Shown here in pieces: positions 17,728 to 27,100 of a DNA stretch of 49,089 nucleotides (the stretch's first letter is position 1; each line of letters opens with the position of its first letter). Made by a program: the position numbers and the translations under genes. The notes beneath the pieces were generated by a model. That model was not told the DNA's origin. It did not search any database and saw only the letters and a program-made list of their open reading frames with translations. The stretch lies in IMG/VR virus record IMGVR_UViG_3300047403_000186, positions 1 through 49,089 of that record. One strand, 5' to 3'. The DNA is from a virus. Its lineage: Duplodnaviria > Caudoviricetes.

Positions 17728-17964
17728 CTAGTCATCCCACTCAGGCGACCAGCGCACGCGGCCACACGACCAGCAGTGCCACGTTTCGTCAGGTATGCCT
17801 TCCGCGCGAAACGGCTGCATTCGCGCGCCACAGCGCGGGCAGTCGTAGCCAGGCGCCCGGCCGTCGCACGCGGGCGCCCGGTCGCACGCCCAATACTGGC
17901 CGACCACGCACTCCTGCTCGTGCCCGCACGCGCCGCGGCGCCGGCGTCCGCCGTCAGCGGGCAT
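17728..17964 (-). CDS. Zinc-ribbon protein
   Basis: CPRCG...WHCWSCG. Confidence 0.55.
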   Translation of the reverse strand: MPADGGRRRRGACGHEQECVVGQYWACDRAPACDGRAPGYDCPRCGARMQPFRAEGIPDETWHCWSCGRVRWSPEWDD

Positions 17965-18556
17965 AGGCGTAGGCGAGCACTGACTCAGCGCATCCGTCCA
18001 TCCACGCGCGGCCTGGGTCCGTGCGCCGCGCCGGATCGATCACCGCGTGCGCCACCATGGCGTGCTCGCGCCGGACCCCGTAGGACTGCACGATCGCCCG
18101 CCACACGCGCCGAGCTCCGTCGACCTGGGCGAGCGGCCACGGCCCGCGCTCGAATCCGATCAGCTCGACGCCGACGCTCACGCGATTCGCCGGCCCGACT
18201 CCGCGGATCTGACCGACCGCGTGCCAGCAGCCCACCTCGCACGAGGCCTGCTGCACGATCGAGCCGTCAGCCTCTACGCTGATATGCCAGCTGGCCGGTC
18301 GATCGTCTGGGCGACGCGGCACGCTGCGTCGCCTGGCCATAGTCGTCGCAGTACCCGGCGCCGTCGCCGAAACATGTGCGACGATTGCGAGCGGCGTACC
18401 GCCAGGCGTGGCTAGTCGCGGATAGTACCACGATGGGTGCGACGGGATATGGCGGACGCCATCCCCCTCGAGCCAGCCCGACTCCGTCACGGCGATCGGG
18501 GGCAGATCAGCGATCGGCGGCAGCTTAGGCAGCAGCGAGAGCAACCAGCTAATCAC
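17954..18556 (-). CDS. Endolysin, N-acetylmuramoyl-L-alanine amidase (Amidase_2)
   Basis: IVAHVSA, ASWH, WHA, N..SVGVEL, AH..IDP.RRTDPG. Confidence 0.9.
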   Translation of the reverse strand: MISWLLSLLPKLPPIADLPPIAVTESGWLEGDGVRHIPSHPSWYYPRLATPGGTPLAIVAHVSATAPGTATTMARRRSVPRRPDDRPASWHISVEADGSIVQQASCEVGCWHAVGQIRGVGPANRVSVGVELIGFERGPWPLAQVDGARRVWRAIVQSYGVRREHAMVAHAVIDPARRTDPGRAWMDGCAESVLAYAYAR

Positions 18557-18689
18557 CTGGCAACCTCCCCTCGAGCAATAGCAGCAGCCCGCGCGCTAGC
18601 TTTTTCGCGTCGTCGACGGTCGCGCACGTCGGATCGCTGTGGATTTTTCGTGCGAGCTGGGCGAGTGCCTTTCGTGCGATCGAGCTCAA
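18549..18689 (-). CDS. Small hypothetical protein
   Basis: TTGA overlap with the upstream ORF. Confidence 0.45.
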   Translation of the reverse strand: MSSIARKALAQLARKIHSDPTCATVDDAKKLARGLLLLLEGRLPGD

Positions 18690-18859
18690 GCGTCTCCCTT
18701 TTTTCGCGGTGTTTTCGTCGGCGCGTAGATTTCGGCGGCAAGGTCGGCGGCAGCCTGCAGCAGCTGCTGACCAGCAGGGCAGAGCGGGTTGCCGCTGGGG
18801 TCGCAGCGCCGGCACACGTCGATATGCGCGAACACCGCCTCGAACAGCGAGAGCGCCAT
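18686..18859 (-). CDS. 57-aa H/C-rich protein (missed by the track)
   Basis: MALSLFEAVFAHIDVCRRC....LCPAG. Confidence 0.55.
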   Translation of the reverse strand: MALSLFEAVFAHIDVCRRCDPSGNPLCPAGQQLLQAAADLAAEIYAPTKTPRKKGDA

Positions 18860-18860
18860 A

Positions 18861-19079
18861 TCAGTCGGCCTCTGTGCCGCGCTTGTCGAATAGCACCACG
18901 ACGTCGCGCCAGGCTGCCCACTCGGCGAGTGCGACGGGCCAGCGCTGCTCGTATCGCCGCATGAGCGAGAGCTCGCGCCACCAGTGGCGGACGGTGCCGG
19001 CGTCCCAGCCGAGCGCGTCGGCGAGCTCGCGGCACGCGTCTGAATACGCGCAGCCGTCGTCGTGCTTGTGGCCGGCCAT
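18861..19079 (-). CDS. Hypothetical protein
   Basis: Tightly packed ORF. Confidence 0.55.
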   Translation of the reverse strand: MAGHKHDDGCAYSDACRELADALGWDAGTVRHWWRELSLMRRYEQRWPVALAEWAAWRDVVVLFDKRGTEAD

Positions 19080-19081
19080 GG

Positions 19082-19255
19082 TCACGCTCGTGCGACTCCG
19101 CGGCTGAGCCGTCGCGGGATACAGGTGCAGGCGTCCTCGGAAAGCCCCTGCTCGATCAGACAATCTTCGTGATGGATCCACAGCTCGGCGCCTGGCTCTA
19201 GCTCAGCGACGAGCGCGCGGATTGCCTCCTCGAGCGTGTCGAAGCTGGCGACCAC
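19082..19255 (-). CDS. Hypothetical protein
   Basis: H..DC....CTC.P motif. Confidence 0.5.
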   Translation of the reverse strand: MVASFDTLEEAIRALVAELEPGAELWIHHEDCLIEQGLSEDACTCIPRRLSRGVARA

Positions 19256-19272
19256 TTTTTGCTTTCTGCGGG

Positions 19273-19446
19273 TCAATTGAATCCCGTTTCCTCGTCGCAG
19301 TCGCGAGCGACAACCAGGCACGTATCGCAAGTGATGTCGGCGTCAGGCTCCACGCGCCAACCGTCGCAGCGCCGGCCGCACAGCGAGCGTCTTAGGTCGA
19401 GCGTGACGTGCACGAGCTCACCACGGCGGGCGCGGATTCGAGTCAT
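19273..19446 (-). CDS. 57-aa Zn-binding protein (missed by the track)
   Basis: VH...SLCG...ITCDTC; ATGA overlap. Confidence 0.55.
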   Translation of the reverse strand: MTRIRARRGELVHVTLDLRRSLCGRRCDGWRVEPDADITCDTCLVVARDCDEETGFN

Positions 19447-20597
19447 GCTGCTACCTGCCGAGCCTGGTGATAGAGGCGCCCATCGAACTCAAAATAAGGG
19501 CGGCCAAAACGATCAAACATGACCTCGACCTGGTACACGCTGAACCGCGGGCGCTCTCCGTCCCACCACACGCGCACGACGCCAAACCCGGTTTGCCAGT
19601 TTGGCGACGTGGTTACGTAGCTATAGTGGTGTGACTCGTCGGACATGTGGCCCATGATCCAGGCCGCATGAGTGCGCGGTATGCCGTCCTCGTCGCGTGT
19701 CGTCCGGCACGCCATCGCCTTGCGGTGCAGGTGCCCACCGATCGTCGATTGCGCTGGCAGCATGGACAGCAGCTTGGCGGCTGGGTGTTGTCCGCCAGAT
19801 CCGCCCTTGAACTCGGCATCAAGGTGCCGCATGGACAGACTGCCGATCCGAATCTCTCCACCCTGCGGGATGACCTCGATCCCGGCTGGCAAGTCCACGA
19901 CACGCGCAAAGTTTCCGAGCACCGAGCCATGGAACGCCGGGTTGTCGTCGATAAATCGCTTCAGCCTGTCCTCGTGGTTGCCAAGGATCAGCTTTGCGTT
20001 TCTCTTGGCAAACCAGTCAACAAGCCACCTCCCAGGCTGAATCTCCTCGAGGATCGTGCTGTGCTCGACAACTCGGTGTGATTCCTTTGGGTGGCGGCTC
20101 AAGCAGTTCATGTCGTAGATATCGCCGCCGGCCACAACGAGAGAGACGCCGATCCGCTCTGCGCACTCGACCATCAGACGCAGTGCTGGATCGTTGTGAA
20201 TTGGAATGTGGACGTCTGAAACCCACAAGATCGTCGTTCCGTCTGGGCACTCGTCGCGCGTGAGTTTGCGCGTTGCTGATAGGGCGTGCGGAATCCGCGC
20301 TGGATTGCGAAAGTCAGACGGCAACCACACCCGCGGCTCGTCGCGCAGCTCACCGCGATCAAACGCTTCAACGCTCGGCCAACGCGCCGGCACTGGCTCG
20401 GTGGGCGCCTGCCCGACCTGGACGAGCTCGAGCAGGTCGAGCCCGGCGCGGCGCTCGGTGTCTCGAGCCTTTCGTAGCGCGTTGTACGTGCATCCGAGCC
20501 GCCGCGCCAGATCTGGCCAGGACGACGCCGCCGCAGCCTGGCGCGCGAGCTCGCCAGACTCGTACAGCGCACGCAGCCAGCCCGGCCGACGATTCAC
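19443..20597 (-). CDS. Calcineurin-like metallophosphoesterase with N-terminal HTH-like region
   Basis: SDVHIP, GGDIYD, GNHE, GHLH. Confidence 0.88.
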   Translation of the reverse strand: MNRRPGWLRALYESGELARQAAAASSWPDLARRLGCTYNALRKARDTERRAGLDLLELVQVGQAPTEPVPARWPSVEAFDRGELRDEPRVWLPSDFRNPARIPHALSATRKLTRDECPDGTTILWVSDVHIPIHNDPALRLMVECAERIGVSLVVAGGDIYDMNCLSRHPKESHRVVEHSTILEEIQPGRWLVDWFAKRNAKLILGNHEDRLKRFIDDNPAFHGSVLGNFARVVDLPAGIEVIPQGGEIRIGSLSMRHLDAEFKGGSGGQHPAAKLLSMLPAQSTIGGHLHRKAMACRTTRDEDGIPRTHAAWIMGHMSDESHHYSYVTTSPNWQTGFGVVRVWWDGERPRFSVYQVEVMFDRFGRPYFEFDGRLYHQARQVAA

Positions 20598-20773
20598 CGG
20601 ACCGGCTCCGCGGCGTCGCCAGACAACAGCCGGCGCGCTTCGTCGACCGTGCGCGCGACCACGACCACGACCACCTCGCCCTCGTACACGGGCAGCGGGC
20701 CGGTGCCGGTCATGAGCACACGACTCGGCGAAGACTCGACCCAGGCGACTTGACGGGGGCCGAGGGTGCTCAC
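20594..20773 (-). CDS. Hypothetical protein
   Basis: GTGA overlaps. Confidence 0.5.
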   Translation of the reverse strand: MSTLGPRQVAWVESSPSRVLMTGTGPLPVYEGEVVVVVVARTVDEARRLLSGDAAEPVR

Positions 20774-21057
20774 AGCGACAACTCCGTCAGGCAGCCAGCG
20801 GCGACCTCGATCCAATCTCGCAGCCCCTGCACGTAATCGACGATCGCCACGGCGTCTGTCTTGCTCATCATCACTTGGTCAGGGGTTGCCCAGCCCACCA
20901 CTGGACGGATCGGCGCCGGCAGCGCCGGCAGGTTGCACCCAGGGCGAGAGGAGGGAATCACGGTCGGCGTCGGCGCCGGTGGGAGTGGCGGCGGTCGCCG
21001 GCAGCACGCTGAGAGGAGCAGCAAACAGGTCAGCCACGGCGCTCGCGATCTCGTCAT
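20770..21057 (-). CDS. o-spanin (Rz1-like lipoprotein)
   Basis: Lipobox LLLLSAC, Pro-rich; overlaps the 3' part of the i-spanin. Confidence 0.78.
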   Translation of the reverse strand: MTRSRAPWLTCLLLLSACCRRPPPLPPAPTPTVIPSSRPGCNLPALPAPIRPVVGWATPDQVMMSKTDAVAIVDYVQGLRDWIEVAAGCLTELSL

Positions 21058-21319
21058 TCGTTGCCCCTCGCAGGTTTTCGGTCAGGTACGCCCGCGCGCG
21101 TCGCTGCGCCTCGGTGCGCTGCGCCTCCGCGATGGCGCGCAGGTTTTTTTCACGGTCCAACGAATCGGCGAGCGTCGTGCGGGTTACGCTCAGAGCGTCA
21201 CGCTCGGCACGCAGCGCATCGCGCTCGCGATCGGCGTCGCGGTACCACGACAGCGCCACCAGCAGCGCCGCAAGCTCGCTGGCCGCCAGACCCGCCAGGA
21301 CGATCGCCAGGGCGGTCAC
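20879..21319 (-). CDS. i-spanin (Rz-like)
   Basis: N-terminal TM plus long coiled coil. Confidence 0.72.
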   Translation of the reverse strand: MTALAIVLAGLAASELAALLVALSWYRDADRERDALRAERDALSVTRTTLADSLDREKNLRAIAEAQRTEAQRRARAYLTENLRGATNDEIASAVADLFAAPLSVLPATAATPTGADADRDSLLSPWVQPAGAAGADPSSGGLGNP

Positions 21320-21417
21320 AATTCCCCCGACAGCCAGGCAACGAACCCGCACACCGCGATCAGGTAGAGCGCAGACAGCAGCGCGCCCTTCACGAATGCC
21401 CGCGCGTATTCGCTCAT
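21316..21417 (-). CDS. 33-aa single-TM peptide
   Basis: MSEYARAFVKGALLSALYLIAVCGFVAWLSGEL; overlaps at both ends. Confidence 0.55.
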   Translation of the reverse strand: MSEYARAFVKGALLSALYLIAVCGFVAWLSGEL

Positions 21418-21656
21418 GGATCCTCCCAGACGGACTCGAGCTCGACCCAGTCCCAGAACGCGCAGATCGCCTGCGGGCACTTGACCGCATGACTCGATCT
21501 CCCAGCGTGATCGAGCGCCACGCCTGCCGGCAGCGGGAACACGCACAGGCACCACGGACAGCAGAGCGCCGGGCGTCGCGACTCGGTCACCACGGTGTAT
21601 TGCCTGCCGTCTAGCGACGACTCGGGGGCGTACAGCCGCTGAAACCGGATCGCCAC
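21414..21656 (-). CDS. Zn-ribbon hypothetical protein
   Basis: CCPWC...KCP..IC.F.DWVEL. Confidence 0.55.
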   Translation of the reverse strand: MAIRFQRLYAPESSLDGRQYTVVTESRRPALCCPWCLCVFPLPAGVALDHAGRSSHAVKCPQAICAFWDWVELESVWEDP

Positions 21657-21658
21657 GG

Positions 21659-21856
21659 TCAGCCTGGTGGCAGCTTGGCCTTGCCGACGTCCGCGATACC
21701 CTGGCCCAGCACGTACGTCCACAGGGGCGCGACGGCTCCCAGCAGCTCGCTCTGGTCAATGTGCAGACCCACGCGGCCGGCAACCCACACGACGGCAGCG
21801 ACGATTGCCACGAGAGCCTTCTTTGACTTGAGCAGATCTTTGACGGTGGTCCACAT
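21659..21856 (-). CDS. Holin
   Basis: LKSKK, two TM segments, YVLGQGIAD motif. Confidence 0.75.
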   Translation of the reverse strand: MWTTVKDLLKSKKALVAIVAAVVWVAGRVGLHIDQSELLGAVAPLWTYVLGQGIADVGKAKLPPG

Positions 21857-21857
21857 A

Positions 21858-22112
21858 TCACGTTGCCTTTCGCTTGCGGTGCGCAGTCTCGAGCGCGCGG
21901 ATCCGCCGCTCGTGATCGTTGAGCTCGCGTCGGATCTCGGCGACGTCGTCGACGAGGTGATCGAGCCGATCGTTGATCCTGTCCAGTCCGATGCGGATCG
22001 ACTCAAACCCGTCGCGCAACTCGGACTGAACGATCCGCAGGTGCCGGCTGATCACGTCGGGGTTATCGTCCGAGACGTCCCACGCGCTGACCGGCTTGTG
22101 CTCGTCGCTCAT
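21858..22112 (-). CDS. Coiled-coil protein
   Basis: Heptad pattern ending HERRIRALE. Confidence 0.65.
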   Translation of the reverse strand: MSDEHKPVSAWDVSDDNPDVISRHLRIVQSELRDGFESIRIGLDRINDRLDHLVDDVAEIRRELNDHERRIRALETAHRKRKAT

Positions 22113-22390
22113 ACGCACCCGCTCACGAGCGCCGTGGCGAGCGTGGCCGCTGCCGCGCACAGCGCCCCCACGACGCCGACGATCACCTTTGCTCGGTGCC
22201 CTAGCCTGGCTCGCTCCGTCTTGGCGTGCTCGGCATGAGACGCCACGACGTGCGCCAGGACCGCGTCGAGCTTGCCTGAGACCTCGCCCATGGCCACGCG
22301 CAGGTCCGCGACGACGCCGGCCAGGGCGTCGTGCTGCTGCTCGAGACGAGCGATCCGATTTGTCCGATCGGGAGAGATGTACTCGGGCAC
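22109..22390 (-). CDS. Coiled-coil plus C-terminal TM protein (lysis-associated type)
   Basis: RIARLEQ heptads, terminal hydrophobic helix. Confidence 0.6.
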   Translation of the reverse strand: MPEYISPDRTNRIARLEQQHDALAGVVADLRVAMGEVSGKLDAVLAHVVASHAEHAKTERARLGHRAKVIVGVVGALCAAAATLATALVSGCV

Positions 22391-22413
22391 TGGCGTGCCA
22401 CGGCTCGGCGTCC

Positions 22414-22770
22414 TCACGGCAGAGGCTCCGGGCAGGCGAAGCACCCGCTGTAGGCGTTGCAGCCGTAGCCGGCGCACCAGATACAGATCGGCGGTAGCCC
22501 GAGCAACGCGGCCTGCCTGAACCGCTCGTCAGGGCTCAGCTCGTACGCGCCGTGAATCTCGGACGCTGCCGGCAAATCTTCGTCACGCACGCACAACTCG
22601 ACGCGCCCCAGCGGGTTGTCGGCCGGCTCGTCGAACGCATAGACGCGCACGCACGTCCAGCCACGCTCTCGGCACTCACGCTCGACGTACTCGAGCGGCG
22701 TCTCACCAGTCACCGCGGCGGTGATCGAGTCCGAGCACCCGAGCAGGACGAGCAGCCATAGCCGGCTCAT
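22414..22770 (-). CDS. Cys-rich lipoprotein
   Basis: MSRLWLLVLLGC lipobox; ATGA overlap. Confidence 0.65.
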   Translation of the reverse strand: MSRLWLLVLLGCSDSITAAVTGETPLEYVERECRERGWTCVRVYAFDEPADNPLGRVELCVRDEDLPAASEIHGAYELSPDERFRQAALLGLPPICIWCAGYGCNAYSGCFACPEPLP

Positions 22771-23000
22771 CGGCGGCACTCCGAGTAGCCAGACGCCACA
22801 ACCAGCCCCATGCCGGCCACGGTGTAGCCGCCGGCTCGCCCATAGTGCTCGGTGCTGTACGTGAGCACGCCCAGGCCGAGCAGCGCAGCGCTGGCCGCGA
22901 AATCGGCAAACAACACGACGGCAGGTGGGCAGCGCCGGAACGCGTACCGCTGCACCGGAGAGCACGCGGCCAGCGCGATGGCGAATACAGCGGCCCTCAC
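22767..23000 (-). CDS. Lipoprotein with two TM segments
   Basis: FAIALAAC lipobox. Confidence 0.6.
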   Translation of the reverse strand: MRAAVFAIALAACSPVQRYAFRRCPPAVVLFADFAASAALLGLGVLTYSTEHYGRAGGYTVAGMGLVVASGYSECRR

Positions 23001-23042
23001 CAGTCTACGGTGCCGCTCCTGAGTCAGAGCGAGAGAGCGTTA
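23001..23042 (-). promoter_or_regulatory. Late-promoter motif copy
   Basis: TAACGCTCTC-N20-CACCGT-N6-GTG. Confidence 0.6.
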
Positions 23043-24176
23043 GGCCTCGTACTCGTAGATCGAGACGGCGTGCACTCGCAGAGTGCCAGAGCTGTTGTTG
23101 TCGTACTGGATATCGTACTTGTCCACGCTTGCCGGCAGCGTCGCAGTTGTTGAAATCCAGCTTGGTGTAGTTACTGGAATCGACCCGTTGATCGTTGCTA
23201 TTGCGGTACCGGCTGAATCTTTCAAATAAATCCGACCAGATCCGCCGACTGATGTTGTAGAGCAGAAGACCTTGATTGTGACTGGCACGCCGGTGGTCTG
23301 CGAGAGTCGGTCCTTGTTGCTCATGTCGATCGTGAAGCCGGGCGAGCTGGCGCTGACGGTGGTTGTCGAGTTGTCGATCAGGTTGGTCGGCGTTGCCGAC
23401 GCAATCGATCGTGGTGTCGATTGAATCTCCACCGACCAGCTGAGCACCTGCGCGCCACCGCGGCGCCATAGGTTTTTTTGTATGAGCGCAACGTTGTTAC
23501 GGTACTTTGCAAACACCGACGACTCGGACGTGATGTTCTGCGGAAGGTAGCCGCCAAAGTTGTCTGTCATTGACAGCATCTCAGCAATGCTGATCGACTG
23601 CGTGCGGCAGTAGTCAACGTCGGCAACCGTCACGTAATACGCAGTGTCCGGGGATAGTCCGCCCAGGTAGATATCTCCCGTGCGGCAATACTCCCAGCCA
23701 GATGTCGCCGCGGTACCCGTCGGCGATTGCCCGTAGTAATATCTTCCGCTTGCGGATAGTGACGACTCCGTGGCGTTGCTGTAGATCTTGACTTCGACGG
23801 CAGACGGCGCCGTCAGCGTGAGACCGTCCTGCGGGTGCACGAACACGCGGCATAGCAACGCGCTGGCATACGGACCAAGATGGAAGGCTCCGCGCCAGCG
23901 CAAGCGCGTACCGCTTGCCGAGCTCGCGGATATTCCGGCAGCGGAGCCAAGCACGCCGGTCGCTGCAAAGACCTGCTTGCCGCGATAGAGTGCCGCGGCG
24001 TTTGTGGACTCGTTCAGCAGGTTGATGAACTGCGCCGACGGTGACGCGCCGTTGTTGCAAAATTTCCGATACGGGATCGGTGCCGTCGCCGACTTGGTAG
24101 CCGGCACCGTTGGAACCTGCGCCGGGCTGACGTCAGTCGGCCCCAGCGACCCGCCCCAGATCTTGGGCCTCGTCAT
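23040..24176 (-). CDS. Tail-associated structural protein
   Basis: Ser/Thr beta-rich; last gene of the tail block. Confidence 0.6.
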   Translation of the reverse strand: MTRPKIWGGSLGPTDVSPAQVPTVPATKSATAPIPYRKFCNNGASPSAQFINLLNESTNAAALYRGKQVFAATGVLGSAAGISASSASGTRLRWRGAFHLGPYASALLCRVFVHPQDGLTLTAPSAVEVKIYSNATESSLSASGRYYYGQSPTGTAATSGWEYCRTGDIYLGGLSPDTAYYVTVADVDYCRTQSISIAEMLSMTDNFGGYLPQNITSESSVFAKYRNNVALIQKNLWRRGGAQVLSWSVEIQSTPRSIASATPTNLIDNSTTTVSASSPGFTIDMSNKDRLSQTTGVPVTIKVFCSTTSVGGSGRIYLKDSAGTAIATINGSIPVTTPSWISTTATLPASVDKYDIQYDNNSSGTLRVHAVSIYEYEA

Positions 24177-27100
24177 GCTCCGACCCTCCGCGCCCCCTCA
24201 GTGAGCTGCGCCAGACCACGGCACTGGACATAACCGGTCCCCTGGACAATGAGCCACACGTAGCCCCATTGCAGATCTTTGCAATTGAGATTGAGATCAA
24301 CAGCCGCTCCGGTCTGCCACGTCGTGCTTGTCGTGGACCATTCTGTTGACTGGCTGAATCGATCGGAAAACATGGCATCGCGGAACTGCTCGCCGGGTAG
24401 GTAGCGGTTTCCGCCGGGTGGCTGAGTGGGAACCACGCTGCAGATCGTGACGCGGATCTTGCCGGTGCTTCCGGTGCGCGATCGGAACCATGGGGCGACT
24501 CGCAGCACGCGTGTGACGGTCGATGACAGGTGCTCGGTTCCGCAGTACACAGGCCCAAAGAAAAAGCACGCCCACTCGGTGCTTGTCTCGTCGACCGGAC
24601 CAAGCACGTTTTCCCACAAAAACGGCGCCTGGTGCGCGCTCTTGTAGTCAATGAACGCGTTGATCGACCTTGCCAGCGCGGCGTCCGTGCCGACGTCCAG
24701 CGCCTTGCCGTCGCCCCACGTCAGATCCGCAACGAGCTCGGCCTTTTCAGTGCTGGCAGTCGGCGTAAACGCCACCGTCTCGACGGCCGAGCTGTACTGG
24801 TCGGCGATCTCGGTGTCCACGATCATCTCGTCCAGGTAGTCAGCCTGATATACATAGTCTTGCTGGCGCGCGGTGACACTGCCGTAAGCCTGGGGAATGA
24901 CGCGATACAGCTTGGTGGCGCTCCATCCAGCGAGTCCCGTGGTCAGGGTGAGCACGTCGCCGTCGATAGCGGCGATCGTGTCATTCCAGGTCGTCGGGCT
25001 GGCGGTGTTGGCAGGATCGCGCTCGACGATCGTGATCTTGTCGCCAACGACAAACGATCGCGCGTCGCGCTCAGTGGTGTACGTAATCGGACCTCTGATC
25101 GTGTTGATCACAGCGCCAAACGCGTACGCCGTCCGCTTCAGCCATAGCTGCTTTGTTGTCGCGTTGTATCCGGCAGCATATCCACCGTAGTTGATCAGGT
25201 CGTGAACCTCGGCGGCTGGCGCGTAAACCCCGCCACGCTGGGTATCGAGAAAAAACAGTTCAATCTCTCCGTACATCGGGCGCACGCCACCGTCAGGGCG
25301 CGGCCCGCCCAGGTCGTACGAGATCCGGGTGACGATTCCGGCGCGTGATGTGATTCCGCGGACGCCCGTGAGTGGATCGCGAGCAAATAAATCGGTGATC
25401 GTGCAGATGTCGCCTACCGCAACCGTCTCGAAATACCGCATGTCAATCGAGCGAGAGATCATCCGGCTCGGGCGGCTAAACATGGGCAATCCAGCCATGT
25501 ACTCTTTGATCAGTTCCTCGACGGCGGCGCCTGCCTGCGCGTACTGCGCGAAGGTGTTTCGCATCTTGAGGTTTAGGGTGCGGCCGGTATTTCCGGATCC
25601 GTCGGTCCCAGCCTGGTCCTCGATCTGTATGCTTTTGAGGTATGTGGCACTTCTCGACCCGCCGAAGTCTCTCGAGTAATCGATCTTGACCGTGGGATAG
25701 TGCCACTGGTCGGTCTCCTGTGACGCGATCCGATGGTTTTCGCTGGCATCAGCCGGCGCTGCCTTGTTGGACTCGGTCAGCTCGTGCTCTGCGAGTGCCA
25801 CCAGCGGAGTGCGCCACGTGCCGAACTCAAACCCCTGATCGTGCCAGCGCACGAAGGCACGACGCAGCATAAAATCGTCGCGGAACAGGTCAGCAAACTT
25901 GGTGGGCTCGTCGATCACGACGGCGATCGGGCTGTCAGCACACGGCAGGTTTTCCAGCGACCGCTCCCACTCTGGTCCAAGCAGCGATCCCGGGATGCCA
26001 ATCCCCACGCCAGCACCAAAAACGTCGTAGGTGCCGTGGTTGTATCCAGTAGCGCCGGTCGAGTAGACGATCCGGTTGACGATGTCCTTGAACTGGCCCT
26101 CAAGGATCAGAACCTGTCGCAATGTCACTGCGGCCGGTGGCTCGTCAATTCTCCTGCCGAGATACCCAAGTGCGTCTGTGCTGTTGTCGGCTGCGAGCTG
26201 GAACGGCGCGATCCACGCGTTGCGGATAGAGACCTCGTATGGGGGACCGGCAACCACCTGATAGGAGGCCACCATCAGCACCTTGTCGTCCAGCAGGAAG
26301 ATCCCCCAATCCGTGCCCGCAGGAGCGGACGCCTTGATGCTGGCCGGGAGGAACCCGTACTGGCTGACAAACGTGCCGCGCACATTTTCGAGCTCGTAGC
26401 TCAGTGACGTGGTGGCAAACTCGTTTCCGGTGCGCCCGGGACCGAGCGGCTTGAACACCATGGTGTGGAACGGCACATAGTCGCCCTGCTTGATCCCGCT
26501 CTTGTTGGTCTTGTCTTGCTTGGATACGTTGACCGACTGCCCGATCGGCGATGATTCGCCGTCCGAAAAACCAAAGAACGCTGCCACCTCGCCAGGCATC
26601 GTCATTCCGAACGACGCGTTCACGGTCGAGGCGCTCTCGAAGCGATACCAGATCTTGCTGCGTAGGCCGACGTTTCCCGCGGACACGGCATATCCGACGC
26701 TGATATAGCCAGCGATCGCCGCATCAGTTTTGGCCTGCGCAAGCCACCGGCTCAGAATGCCGGCAAGCTCGTCGCCTGTATAAAACCCTTCGTTCATTTG
26801 GTACGCGCCCGACGCGCCCGACGCGACGACGTTTAGATCTGATGCGTTGCCACCCGCCGCGGGGCTTGAGAACACGGTGTCCGAATACTGAAACTTGCGA
26901 CCAGCAACGATGCGGATGCCTGGCGCCACGTCCGCCGCGAGCAAATCTTTACCGACGACACCACGCTTGAAATCTTCGGCGATATGCTCGACGTCGATCA
27001 CCGTCGACATCGTGTCAGCGTCGTCCGCGATTCCTACGATGCGCCCCACGTAGATCAGCTGAGCGCGAGCTCGCGTGTTGAGTTGCTGCGTCGCCTCGTC

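Noticed and set aside
16011-17796. 13-bp direct repeat TTTCGTCAGGTAT bracketing the RHH cassettes
   Set aside because: The second copy is inside a coding region, and matches of this length are expected by chance in 49 kb.
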